Assembly: GCA_902590695.1 (NCBI GenBank)
Contig: CACIXR010000006.1
Coordinates: 21,289-85,288, forward strand
Reading direction: 5' to 3'
Length of the DNA: 64,000 nucleotides
Origin: an uncultured Alphaproteobacteria bacterium
GTDB taxonomy: Bacteria > Pseudomonadota > Alphaproteobacteria > HIMB59 > GCA-002718135
The translations under genes and the position numbers were made by a program. The notes below the pieces were generated by a model, which was not told where the DNA came from, ran no database searches, and saw nothing but the letters and a program-made list of their open reading frames with translations. Within the stretch, counting starts at the first letter, position 1. Every line of letters begins with the position of its first letter. Shown here one piece after another: positions 49,100 through 58,779 of this stretch.

Positions 49100-50647
49100 G
49101 TGAAATCTTTAAGAAATTTTTTTATACTTTTAATATTTGTCTTTCTCTCTTTTAATTTTTTATTCGATTTCACATATATAAACAAGCATATTAGTAATAA
49201 TCTAAATCAGTTTGTTTATAAGTATATGTTATTTCATAAAAATACGACAAATTTAACAACTCAAATAAAAGATCTCAAAAAAGAACGTAATCAATTTAGA
49301 GCACAAAAAGAATTATTTGAAGATGCATTTAAAGATTTATATGATGATAGTTTTGAAGCTCAATATAATTCTCAAATATTAACAAAAATTCTTGAACAAT
49401 TTGATCCTTTTGAATTTGATTTAAAAATAAAAAAAAATAATAAAAATTTAGAATATGCAATTAACACTGAACACAGTTTTTCAAATAACAAAATCAAGGC
49501 AAAAGTGTATAGTCCTCAAAAAAACATTTTATTATATGGTATAGCTAATCAATTTCCAGCAAGTGGATATTTAGAAATATATAATAATAATTTAATTTTA
49601 ATTTCAGCAAGTGGCGTATTAGCGTATTCTAATCAGATTAATAACAATACTAATGATTTAGATTTTAAACAAATCAAAACAAATATTAGTAAATTCATAG
49701 GTGAAGAACAGTTTAGAAAATCAAGAATACATGATTTTGATTGGTTAGAAGGTGGTTGGTTCTCAATAAAAGATGTAAATATTTACAAAGATCAAATTTA
49801 CGTATCTTATACAAGAGAAGTGGAAGAAAATTGTTGGAATACAAGTTTATTACATGGGAAAATGAATTTAAAACTTATTATATTTCAAAATCTTTTTACG
49901 TCAGATGAATGCGTTCATTTTTATAATAATATTGATGGTGAGTTTAATGCACATCAATCTGGAGGACGAATAATTAATGTAGATGATCAAAATCTATTTT
50001 TTTCTACTGGTGACTTTAGAAGTAGATTTAGAGCGCAGAAAGAAGATAGTATATTTAGTAAAATAATCGAAATTAATAAAAACACAAAAGATTACAAAGT
50101 TGTAAGTATGGGTCATAGAAACCCTCAAGGATTATATTACAATAAAAAAAATAATTTTTTATTAGAGGCAGAGCATGGACCTGAAGGTGGTGATGAAATT
50201 AATTTAATAGAGTTAAACCCAAATAAAATACCCAATTATGGTTGGGCTATTTCATCTTATGGAGAACATTATGGAGGAAAAAACGCACCTTATAATAAAA
50301 AGAAGTATGTAAAATATCCACTACATAAATCCCACTCTGAATATAATTTTATTGAACCTCTAATTTACTTTAATCCATCTATTGGGATTTCTCAAATAGT
50401 TGGATTAGATAAAAAGGATAGTTATATAGTAGCATCAATGAAGGATGAATCTCTTTATTTTTTTGAATATGACTACAATGATGAAAAATTCAAAAAGCCA
50501 AATAAAGTTAGCAATGGTAATAGTGATAATATAAAAATTGAAAGAGTTTATATTGGTGAAAGAATAAGAGATATGATTTATTATAATAATAAATTATATT
50601 TATATTTGGAGGATACTGCTTCTTTAGCAGAAATCTCTTTTAAATAA
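49100..50647 (+). CDS. Membrane-anchored PQQ-dependent sugar dehydrogenase-like (GSDH) protein
   Basis: HQSGGRI, STGD, GHRNPQG, EHGPEGGDEIN, NYGW, ERIRD. Confidence 0.8.
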   Translation: MKSLRNFFILLIFVFLSFNFLFDFTYINKHISNNLNQFVYKYMLFHKNTTNLTTQIKDLKKERNQFRAQKELFEDAFKDLYDDSFEAQYNSQILTKILEQFDPFEFDLKIKKNNKNLEYAINTEHSFSNNKIKAKVYSPQKNILLYGIANQFPASGYLEIYNNNLILISASGVLAYSNQINNNTNDLDFKQIKTNISKFIGEEQFRKSRIHDFDWLEGGWFSIKDVNIYKDQIYVSYTREVEENCWNTSLLHGKMNLKLIIFQNLFTSDECVHFYNNIDGEFNAHQSGGRIINVDDQNLFFSTGDFRSRFRAQKEDSIFSKIIEINKNTKDYKVVSMGHRNPQGLYYNKKNNFLLEAEHGPEGGDEINLIELNPNKIPNYGWAISSYGEHYGGKNAPYNKKKYVKYPLHKSHSEYNFIEPLIYFNPSIGISQIVGLDKKDSYIVASMKDESLYFFEYDYNDEKFKKPNKVSNGNSDNIKIERVYIGERIRDMIYYNNKLYLYLEDTASLAEISFK

Positions 50648-50648
50648 A

Positions 50649-51611
50649 TTGATAAAACTTAAAGAAAAGTGGCTTTGGGATTTTTGGATAAGTAATGATA
50701 ATGACATTTGGTATTGTTATTTTCTTCAAGCTGATAAATCTCTAAAAAATCCTGATCTAAGACATAATAATGTCACTCATGGATTAGCTATCTCAAAAGA
50801 TTTAATGAATTGGGAATATAAAGGAACAGTTTTTACTCCTTCTAAAAGAGAAAATTTTGATGATTATACAACTTGGACAGGGTCAATAATTAAAAATAAA
50901 AATAAATGGCATTACTTTTATACAGGAAGAAATAAAAGGGGAAATGGTAGTAAACAAAGAATTGGTCATGCAATAGGTGAAACGCCCTATTCTTTTAATA
51001 GATATGGAAATGGATTAGCTCTCGATTTAGATAAAAATTTTTACCAAGAGTTAGAGAGTGATAATTATTGGCAAGATCGTGCTATGCGTGATCCATGGGT
51101 AATGAAACATCCTTATGAAAATAAATTTATAATGGCTTACACAGCTAGAGCATCAATCCACAATGATCCTTATTAATGCGGAGTCATTGGAATGGCTGAG
51201 TCAAATGATCTTTACGAATGGAAATCTATTAAACCTTTATTTGGTGGGTTATTTAGTCAGTTGGAAGTTCCTCAAATATTTAAAGTTAAAGATAAATGGT
51301 ATTGTTTATTTTGTAACCATCCGGAAGACTGGTCTAATGTATTCAAAAAAAATTATAATGGGCCAGATAAGCGAGGCACACATTATTTAATTGCAGATAA
51401 ATTTGAAGGTCCATGGGATCTAGCACCTGGCCCCTACTTAACAACAAGTTCTGAAACAGAACTTTATGCAGGTAGAGTTATTGTGAAAGATAATAAATTT
51501 TTCTTTATGGCTTTTTTACATGATGATCAAAATGGTAATTTTATTGGAGAAATATCAAATCCAATAGAAATTAATTTTGATAAAGAAGGTATAATGAGCT
51601 TAAAAATTTAA
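50649..51611 (+). pseudogene. GH32/GH68-clan beta-fructosidase-like gene interrupted by an in-frame TAA at 51174-51176
   Basis: WLWDFW, WTGS and RDP in the 5' part; QLEVP and LYAGR in the 3' part; HNDPY*CGVIGMAES is continuous in frame. Confidence 0.8.
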
Positions 51612-52462
51612 TTCATATTTCTCCAAGAATATTCTGGTTTAAATCCTAAAATTTTTTTAGCTTTTTCATTACTTAGTAATGTTTTATTCTTTCCAACCTC
51701 ACCTTTAATATTTATGTTAGGAAATACTTTATCTAAAAGTGATTTGTTGTCTTCATTCATAACTGTATCATCAGCTGCAATTATAAAATTATCAGCACCT
51801 TTTAAATTACTTTCCATAGCTAAAAGACAAGCTTGAGCTACATCTCTTGCATCAATATATCCCCAAAAATTCCATTTTCGTAAAAATGGATCATGTTGAA
51901 ATGATTGGAATTGTTTGTAATCGTTTTCTTCCATTATATTTGAGTAACGAAGTCCAAATATTTTCATTTCTGGATTCCTCCTACAATATTGCCTAGCCAT
52001 TTCTTCACCCATAACTTTAGAAAGTGAATAGCTTGATTCTGGACGAGGATTATAATCTTCATCAACAGGGACATACGGAGGGTATGTATCAAAAGGTAAG
52101 CCTAGAACAGTTTCGCTTGATGCCCATACAATATTATTAATTTTTAAAACTTTAGCTGCTTGAAAAATGTTGTAAGTGCTTAGAGTATTCATTCTAAAAG
52201 TTTTATGATTGGTTTCTAGACCTGGTGCAGGAATAGCTGCTTGATGAATAATAGCATCAATTCCATTAATACGGTCATCTATTTCGGATACAGACTCCAT
52301 AGCATCACCAAAATTTTCTAAATCAACTTTAGAAAAAGGGACATCTAATTCTGAATTATTTGCTAAATCTACATTAAAGACATTATAATTTTTTTTTAAT
52401 AGTAAATTTATTGTTGCCCTTCCCGCTTTACCCGATCCACCTGTTACTAAAATATTTTTCAT
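51608..52462 (-). CDS. NAD-dependent epimerase/dehydratase
   Basis: TGGSGKAG, ASSET, YSLSK, DARDVA. Confidence 0.88.
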   Translation of the reverse strand: MKNILVTGGSGKAGRATINLLLKKNYNVFNVDLANNSELDVPFSKVDLENFGDAMESVSEIDDRINGIDAIIHQAAIPAPGLETNHKTFRMNTLSTYNIFQAAKVLKINNIVWASSETVLGLPFDTYPPYVPVDEDYNPRPESSYSLSKVMGEEMARQYCRRNPEMKIFGLRYSNIMEENDYKQFQSFQHDPFLRKWNFWGYIDARDVAQACLLAMESNLKGADNFIIAADDTVMNEDNKSLLDKVFPNINIKGEVGKNKTLLSNEKAKKILGFKPEYSWRNMN

Positions 52463-52536
52463 TAAAGATTACTTTAATAATTTTTTTATAAAGAATCATT
52501 AATATTTTGATAATTATAATAAAAATAGGAGATTTT

Positions 52537-52968
52537 ATGGCTGAATATATTTTAGAAGCTGGAGGAACAATGGCATTTACATTCCATGTTTTATTTATGC
52601 TTTTTAATTTATTTATTATTTATCAATTTTATTTCAATGATAAATTTTTTAATGAATTAGGCTTTTCAAATGAGGAGCCTAAATTAGTTTTTAGAGGTCC
52701 TCTGGGCGCGGTTTTTTTAACAATGTTGTTAATGTCAATATTGCTAACTTTTGATGTTACTGGAAATACTTATGATGAAAATGTTGTACAATATAAATTT
52801 TGGTATTCATTTTTATTTATGCTTATGGCCATAGCTTTAATTAGTTCAGTAGTTAGATACTTTAACCTTGTAAATAACTACGGAATTACTCCAAATATTA
52901 GAGGAGTTATGTTCCCCTTAGTTGGACTCATATTAATTATTCTTAGAACAATTTTTGAAGGTTATTAA
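52537..52968 (+). CDS. Hypothetical 4-TM membrane protein
   Basis: RBS AGGAG before ATG 52537; hydrophobic helices. Confidence 0.6.
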   Translation: MAEYILEAGGTMAFTFHVLFMLFNLFIIYQFYFNDKFFNELGFSNEEPKLVFRGPLGAVFLTMLLMSILLTFDVTGNTYDENVVQYKFWYSFLFMLMAIALISSVVRYFNLVNNYGITPNIRGVMFPLVGLILIILRTIFEGY

Positions 52969-52976
52969 TATAAATT

Positions 52977-53000
52977 ACAAGCGGTTTAATAACCGCTTGT
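52977..53000. terminator. Bidirectional terminator
   Basis: ACAAGCGGTT/AACCGCTTGT perfect stem between convergent genes. Confidence 0.75.
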
Positions 53001-53001
53001 T

Positions 53002-53394
53002 TTAATTAAAATAACTTCTTATTTTATTTCTTGATGCAAAATGTAATATCAAAGAAACTATAAATAAGAATAAAACAAAGTAATATTCTCTAAATTCAAC
53101 TTGACTAGTATAAAAAACAAATAAACAACAAATTGTAAACGATTTAATATAAATTTCTAAAAACTGAATAGGATACAATTTTTCAGTTTGAAGAAAAAGA
53201 TATCTAAACCCAAAGTAAGCAAAAGTTAGAAAAACAGCTAATCTGACTGAGGTAATTCTATGATATGGTATTTCTTGTTTCTCAACGATAGTGAATGGAA
53301 AATAGATAGTTACACCTATAATCTCTGCAATTATAAATACTAATGACCATAAACTTAATATGCCTATTATTATTTTAGCTAATGTTCCTGCCAT
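53002..53394 (-). CDS. Hypothetical membrane protein
   Basis: Four TM segments; IPYHR motif; likely start ATG 53394. Confidence 0.55.
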   Translation of the reverse strand: MAGTLAKIIIGILSLWSLVFIIAEIIGVTIYFPFTIVEKQEIPYHRITSVRLAVFLTFAYFGFRYLFLQTEKLYPIQFLEIYIKSFTICCLFVFYTSQVEFREYYFVLFLFIVSLILHFASRNKIRSYFN

Positions 53395-53508
53395 ATTTAA
53401 ACATGGCCTTTTTTTTAATAGGGTTGAGACCAACCTATAATATTATTTTATCTAAAGATTCAAAAAAAATATATAAATTTCATATTATTAGCGGAAATTA
53501 ATGTTTTT

Positions 53509-53904
53509 TTATCTGAAATTATCTTTAATTGGTGAGAAATATAAAAGAATTAAAATTGCACCACTAATCAACCCTCCAATTTGATCAAGCATACCACTAA
53601 AAGCAGTATAGATTACAGATCCACTAAAATAATTTAGAACTATGCCAGCTACTACTAAAAATAAATAGAGTCGTTTGCCATAAGAAATAAATTTATAAAG
53701 TAAATTTAAAGTAAATAGATATAAAAAGAATAAACTAATCGATATAATTCGTGAAAAATTTTCAAAATTTGATAAAAATCCATCATTTAAATTTTCATAA
53801 ATATTGGAAATTTCAGATGGTTGATACATAGATGATATAACCATTAAAATTATAACAATAAAGTCTGCTAGAATTAAATTTTTAAAAATTTTTTGAATTT
53901 CCAT
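53509..53904 (-). CDS. Hypothetical membrane protein
   Basis: Four TM segments; C-terminal YFSPIK.F. Confidence 0.6.
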   Translation of the reverse strand: MEIQKIFKNLILADFIVIILMVISSMYQPSEISNIYENLNDGFLSNFENFSRIISISLFFLYLFTLNLLYKFISYGKRLYLFLVVAGIVLNYFSGSVIYTAFSGMLDQIGGLISGAILILLYFSPIKDNFR

Positions 53905-54015
53905 AATAGCTATAAATTCAATTAAATATTGTATCTAACTTAGATATGTAGCTTGAATATTACAATAAGATTATTTAAATCTATTTAAAAATAAATTAGA
54001 TATTAAAAATTATGT

Positions 54016-54378
54016 TTACCACATTGAATGAATAATATCCGAACTATTAATTTTTACTGAATTCTCACATTTACTTTCAAAATCACTGAAATCATCTCTA
54101 AAAGTTGCACCATTGTTTTGTGCTTGCTCAAAATGATCATCTATTCCTGCTTGATTTTCATAAACCTCTGTTAAGATTAGAGACATATTGCCTGTTTTAT
54201 TTCCATCTTTAAATTCAGGGCCTATAGACCAATTTAACATTAGGAGTGCTTTATTACCCTCCTTTGTATGTGTTTCCTTCATCCATTTTGTATGATCTTC
54301 TGCAATTCTTTTTGCAATATCATTAAGTTCAGGTTTAAAAATCCATAAATACTGAAGTTGTTTTTTATTTTGAAACAT
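54016..54378 (-). CDS. Small alpha+beta barrel (ABM-like) protein
   Basis: RBS AAGGAGG; LTEVYENQAGIDDH. Confidence 0.6.
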   Translation of the reverse strand: MFQNKKQLQYLWIFKPELNDIAKRIAEDHTKWMKETHTKEGNKALLMLNWSIGPEFKDGNKTGNMSLILTEVYENQAGIDDHFEQAQNNGATFRDDFSDFESKCENSVKINSSDIIHSMW

Positions 54379-54433
54379 ATTTCCTCCTTTTTTTAAAATA
54401 ATACTAGTAAGTTAAGAAAATATTTCAAACAAA

Positions 54434-55273
54434 TTATTGTTGAGAATTATTTTCCAATGTTTGTACATGAATATCTAAATTTTCTATCATAGCATTATTA
54501 TTTATATTTCCATAAAAAACACCTTTAATAGGTGATGCATAACTTGCATCAAGTCCACAAGAAACACGTACGTATCTTTCATCTGGACTGCACTTATTTG
54601 TAGGATCAAATCCCACCCAACCTAAATCATTTATATAAAATTCTGCCCAAGCATGTGTAGATTGAAATTCTGAAGAATGGGAATTATTATGCATATAACC
54701 ATTTACGTATCTAGCAGGTATTCCTAAAGTTTTTGCTGCTGCGATCATAATATGTGCTTGATCCTGACAGACTCCCTTTTTCTGATTAAATGCTTCAATG
54801 GCTGTTGTTTGATTATTTGTCGTTAAAGGTTTGTATTCAATTTTTTCAGCTACTAGATTCATCAGATTATGAGATGTTTCTAGATTTTCATTTCCATTAA
54901 AACCATTTTTAGCTTCAATAGCTAAATTTTTTATATTCGCATTTGCTTTTGTTAAATTTGATTCTCTTAAGTAAACTAAAGGATCTATTTTATCAGAAGC
55001 ACTATGGTAAATACCTTTTGTATCAAATGTTTCAACTTTTCCAAGAACTGTAAATTGTATTTTTTTCACCTTGTTTGTATTTGTAAAACTTTGAATATTA
55101 TTAGCCTCACCATCCTGATAAATTTTTGATTTCTTAGCTGAGTCGTTATGGACATTCCACTCTAAAATTTTAAGACCATTATATTCTGAAGGATGCAGTT
55201 TAGTGGTTTGAATTAATCCCGTAACTGGATTTTTATATTCATACTTAGTTGTGTGTTCGATTATTAGTTCCAT
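54434..55273 (-). CDS. Transglutaminase-like protein
   Basis: IEHTTKYEY N-terminal domain; catalytic triad GVCQD, THAWAE, GFDPTN. Confidence 0.9.
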   Translation of the reverse strand: MELIIEHTTKYEYKNPVTGLIQTTKLHPSEYNGLKILEWNVHNDSAKKSKIYQDGEANNIQSFTNTNKVKKIQFTVLGKVETFDTKGIYHSASDKIDPLVYLRESNLTKANANIKNLAIEAKNGFNGNENLETSHNLMNLVAEKIEYKPLTTNNQTTAIEAFNQKKGVCQDQAHIMIAAAKTLGIPARYVNGYMHNNSHSSEFQSTHAWAEFYINDLGWVGFDPTNKCSPDERYVRVSCGLDASYASPIKGVFYGNINNNAMIENLDIHVQTLENNSQQ

Positions 55274-55274
55274 A

Positions 55275-56210
55275 TTAATTAAAAAACTCCTTATGTATTT
55301 CGTTATCAACACTAGATATTTTTCTAATAAATTGTGTTACAAATTGATGAAGTCCATATTCAACAATAGTTTCTATTTTTTCTTCTTGAATTTTAGTATT
55401 TAGATCTTTTAAATTATTATAAATTCTTCCAACTTTTTCTGGACTGCATGTTAGGTTAGTTAAATGTTTAACAATATTCTGAATACAAAAACTTAAAGAT
55501 CTAGGACAATTATTATTTAAAACTAAAAAGTCAGCAATTTTAGTTGCGGTAATATTACCATCGTATGCCCATCTAAAAGCTCTAAAAGAAGATAAAGAGC
55601 GAAGTAATATACTCCATTGCATATTATCGATATTACCGCCTACATATTGAGGCTTAGGTAATAAAACAAAATACTTTACATCTAATAATCTTGCAGAATT
55701 ATCAGCCCTCTCAATAAATAAACCAAGAAAAAGAAAATTATAACCATCATTTCTAAGCAAAGAACTTAATGATCCTCTAAATAAGTTTACTTGTTCTATA
55801 GTCCACTCTGTCAGATCAGGGATATCAGATATTGAAAATTGTTGTTGTTTTAAGTTTAGTATCTCTTGATAAGTTTTATTAATTGCTAACCAAGACTCAG
55901 GGGTAAAGGAAGTTCTAACTACTAATGCGTTATTGCGTGCATTAAGAATACAATTGTAAACGGATGAAGGATTACTTTCATCAAAAAATAAATAATCTTC
56001 CACATTTTTCTGTTCAATTGTTTTATATTTATTTTTATATCCCTCAATCGCTCCAGCAGCAGATAAAACTGATTCCCATTCATTATTATAACCACTTGGA
56101 TTTGGAAAAAGAGACATTCTATAACCAACATCCAAAAGCCTGGCTGTAGTTTCAGCTCTTTCCATATAACGACTAATCCAATATAGATATTCAGCTGTTC
56201 TACTTAACAT
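55275..56210 (-). CDS. Alpha-E domain protein (DUF403)
   Basis: MLSRTA..LYW.SRYMERAE and second ER repeat IERADNSARLLDVKY; PRSL. Confidence 0.92.
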   Translation of the reverse strand: MLSRTAEYLYWISRYMERAETTARLLDVGYRMSLFPNPSGYNNEWESVLSAAGAIEGYKNKYKTIEQKNVEDYLFFDESNPSSVYNCILNARNNALVVRTSFTPESWLAINKTYQEILNLKQQQFSISDIPDLTEWTIEQVNLFRGSLSSLLRNDGYNFLFLGLFIERADNSARLLDVKYFVLLPKPQYVGGNIDNMQWSILLRSLSSFRAFRWAYDGNITATKIADFLVLNNNCPRSLSFCIQNIVKHLTNLTCSPEKVGRIYNNLKDLNTKIQEEKIETIVEYGLHQFVTQFIRKISSVDNEIHKEFFN

Positions 56211-56219
56211 TTTTATTCC

Positions 56220-57626
56220 TCATTCAGCCAAAACCCATGTGTCTTTCACACCGCCTCCTTGGCTAGAATTTACAACAAACGAACCTTCATTCATTGCAAC
56301 TCTAGTTAAACCACCAGAACTTAATTGAGCTTGTTCTCCAATTAAACAAAATGGACGTAAATCTACTCTTCTTCCCTCAACTTGATTTTTGATTAGTGTT
56401 GGTGAAAATGAAAGATCAAGTAAAGGTTGAGCTATATATCCTTTTGGATTTGTTGAGAGTTTAGTTTTAAATTTATCAATAGAGGATTTAGAAGATTTTG
56501 GACCTATTAACATCCCATAACCTCCAGATCCATCAACCTCTTTTACAACAAGTTCATTTATATTATCTAAAACATATTTTAATTCTTGTTCCTTTTCGCA
56601 ATTCCATGTTTCAACATTATCTAAGATTGGTTGTTCGCCTAAATAAAATTTGATCATCTCAGGTACATAAATATAAATTGCTTTGTCATCTGCTATGCCT
56701 GCTCCAGGCGCTGAACATATATTGACACCACCTGTTCTATAAACATCCATAATTCCTGGAATACCAATTACAGATTGAGGATTAAAACATAGAGGATCTA
56801 AAAAATCGTCATCTATTCTTCTGTAAACAACATCTACTCTTTTTGGACCATCAACTGTTTTCATATAAAGATATTTTCCTTCAACAAATAAATCTGTTGA
56901 TTCAACCATTTCAATACCCATTTGATCTGATAAAAAACTATGTTCGTAATAAGCGCTATTTAAAGGACCAGGTGTAAGTAACACACATACTGGTTCTGGA
57001 TTTTCACATTTAATAGGAGCTAAACTCATCAAGGTTTGCAAAAGTCTTGTTGGGTAGTCATCTATTGGTGTTACTCTGTTGTTATGAAATAAATCAGGAA
57101 ACATTCGCATCATTATTTCTCTATTTTCTAGCATGTAAGAAACACCACTTGGTGTTCGACAATTATCTTCTAAAACAAAATAATCATTGGGACCTGTTCT
57201 TACTAAATCAATACCAATTATAGGACTATAGATATCTCTAGGAGGAGAAAAACCAAACATTGAAGGTTCAAAAGATTTTTTTTTGTAAATAATTTCTTTA
57301 GGAATTATATTAGCTTTTATTATTTCACCTTGATTATAAATATCAGCAAGAAACGCATTAAGTGCTTTAGCTCTTTGGATTACTCCTCTTTCTAATCTTA
57401 ACCATTCAGTGTAGGTAAATATCCTTGGAATTAAATCAAACGGAATAATTCTTTCTCTTGCAGTTTCGTTATTTGTAGAAAATGTAATTCCAATATTTCT
57501 AAAATGAGTTTCAGCTTCAGCATTCTTTTCAAGAATAACTTTTGAAGTCATTTGATCTAACCAATCATTAATATTGTTATAATGATTTCTTATAACTGAT
57601 TCAGATTGATACATTTCATTAAACAT
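56220..57626 (-). CDS. Circularly permuted type 2 ATP-grasp protein
   Basis: PFDLIPR, LEDNCRTPSGVSY, YRRIDDDFLDP, GSGGYG, VVNSSQGGGVKDTWV; RBS AAGAGG before ATG 57626. Confidence 0.93.
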   Translation of the reverse strand: MFNEMYQSESVIRNHYNNINDWLDQMTSKVILEKNAEAETHFRNIGITFSTNNETARERIIPFDLIPRIFTYTEWLRLERGVIQRAKALNAFLADIYNQGEIIKANIIPKEIIYKKKSFEPSMFGFSPPRDIYSPIIGIDLVRTGPNDYFVLEDNCRTPSGVSYMLENREIMMRMFPDLFHNNRVTPIDDYPTRLLQTLMSLAPIKCENPEPVCVLLTPGPLNSAYYEHSFLSDQMGIEMVESTDLFVEGKYLYMKTVDGPKRVDVVYRRIDDDFLDPLCFNPQSVIGIPGIMDVYRTGGVNICSAPGAGIADDKAIYIYVPEMIKFYLGEQPILDNVETWNCEKEQELKYVLDNINELVVKEVDGSGGYGMLIGPKSSKSSIDKFKTKLSTNPKGYIAQPLLDLSFSPTLIKNQVEGRRVDLRPFCLIGEQAQLSSGGLTRVAMNEGSFVVNSSQGGGVKDTWVLAE

Positions 57627-57754
57627 CAAAAAGTAAACCTCTTGATATTTGAATAGAATATCTTTTTATTATCTAACTTTTTAAACATAGTTATAACAAA
57701 CCTTTCTTATCCGTTATAATTCATGCTTAGCTATGGAAATTAATAATAAGATCC

Positions 57755-57806
57755 GCGTTCCTTCAGCTTTAGCCTACTTCCGATCTGTTAATACAGATTG
57801 AACGAT
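57755..57806 (-). ncRNA. Glutamine riboswitch (glnA motif), downstream aptamer
   Basis: Minus strand ATCGTTCA-ATCTGTATTAACAGAT-CGGAAGTAG-GCTAAAGC-TGAAGGAACGC: P1 CGTTC/GAACG, P2 hairpin, E-loop P3. Confidence 0.85.
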
Positions 57807-57820
57807 TTAATAACTTGCAT

Positions 57821-57873
57821 GCGTTCCTTCAACTTTCGTTTACTTCCGTTTTGAATTATTCAAAATGAACGAT
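57821..57873 (-). ncRNA. Glutamine riboswitch (glnA motif), upstream aptamer
   Basis: Minus strand ATCGTTCA-TTTTGAATAATTCAAAA-CGGAAGTA-AACGAAAGTT-GAAGGAACGC; stems covary with the other copy. Confidence 0.88.
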
Positions 57874-57975
57874 GAAATTTTAATAATAAAATTTATTTAT
57901 TTTTAAAAATGAATTTCATACTTATTTGATATGCATTTTTTGCATATACAAAATAATATTGAATTACTTACGGTT

Positions 57976-58683
57976 TTAATAGTCTTTTATCGATCTAAGA
58001 AAACAAATATAAATAAAATAGCCCGTACAAATTAACCATATTAAAAGAACAATTGTATCATTTATAATTAAGTTTATTTCTGATTTTGTTACTAATCGCA
58101 GTGTTGTTGCTGACCAAACAACAGTAAAAAAAATCGTTAAATTTCTAAATGATTTTACTCTTAGTGGATGAACAAACTTCCATGGAACGAATGTCAATAC
58201 TGATAAAACAATTATCACAATTAGGTTTACCCACTCATTCGTATTTAATATAAAGAAATATAAAACAACAACATTCCAGACTGCAGGAAAACCTTGAAAA
58301 TAATAATCATCCGTTTTCATATTAACGTTTATAAAAGTATACAAAGAAACTCCAAATATAAGAGCAGGCATAATCATTTCAAAACCTGATGGCACCATCT
58401 GAAACCAGTAAATCATTAAAGCTGGATTAATAACGTAATTTAGATAATCAATAATGGAATCTAAAATAATCCCATCTAGATTTGGTGCTTTTTCTTCAAC
58501 TCCAACCTTCCTAGCTAACGTTCCATCAACTCCATCTACAAGTAAGGCCATACCAAGCCATAAAAAACTACCAACTTGATCATTATTTAATATTGATACT
58601 AAAGCAAGAAACCCAAGTATAGCCCCAGAACCAGTAAAGGCATGCACACCCCATGCGGATATTTGATCTTTATCAACTTTCAT
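57976..58683 (-). CDS. pcs: Phosphatidylcholine synthase-like CDP-alcohol phosphotransferase
   Basis: VHAFTGSGA, DGVDGTLAR, LDSIIDYLNYV, FQGFPAVWN, FVHPLRV. Confidence 0.82.
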   Translation of the reverse strand: MKVDKDQISAWGVHAFTGSGAILGFLALVSILNNDQVGSFLWLGMALLVDGVDGTLARKVGVEEKAPNLDGIILDSIIDYLNYVINPALMIYWFQMVPSGFEMIMPALIFGVSLYTFINVNMKTDDYYFQGFPAVWNVVVLYFFILNTNEWVNLIVIIVLSVLTFVPWKFVHPLRVKSFRNLTIFFTVVWSATTLRLVTKSEINLIINDTIVLLIWLICTGYFIYICFLRSIKDY

Positions 58684-58779
58684 AAATGATGTTGGTCTTT
58701 ATCATTAAAATAAAAGAAAATAAAATTTTTGAAAAAAAAAGTAGAAAAATTAAGGTTTTAAACGATTTTAAAATTTGAC

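Noticed and set aside
57755-57873. Two ~52-bp direct repeats as a mini-CRISPR or simple duplication
   Set aside because: Only two copies, no cas genes, and the variation is confined to compensatory stems, which fits tandem riboswitch aptamers
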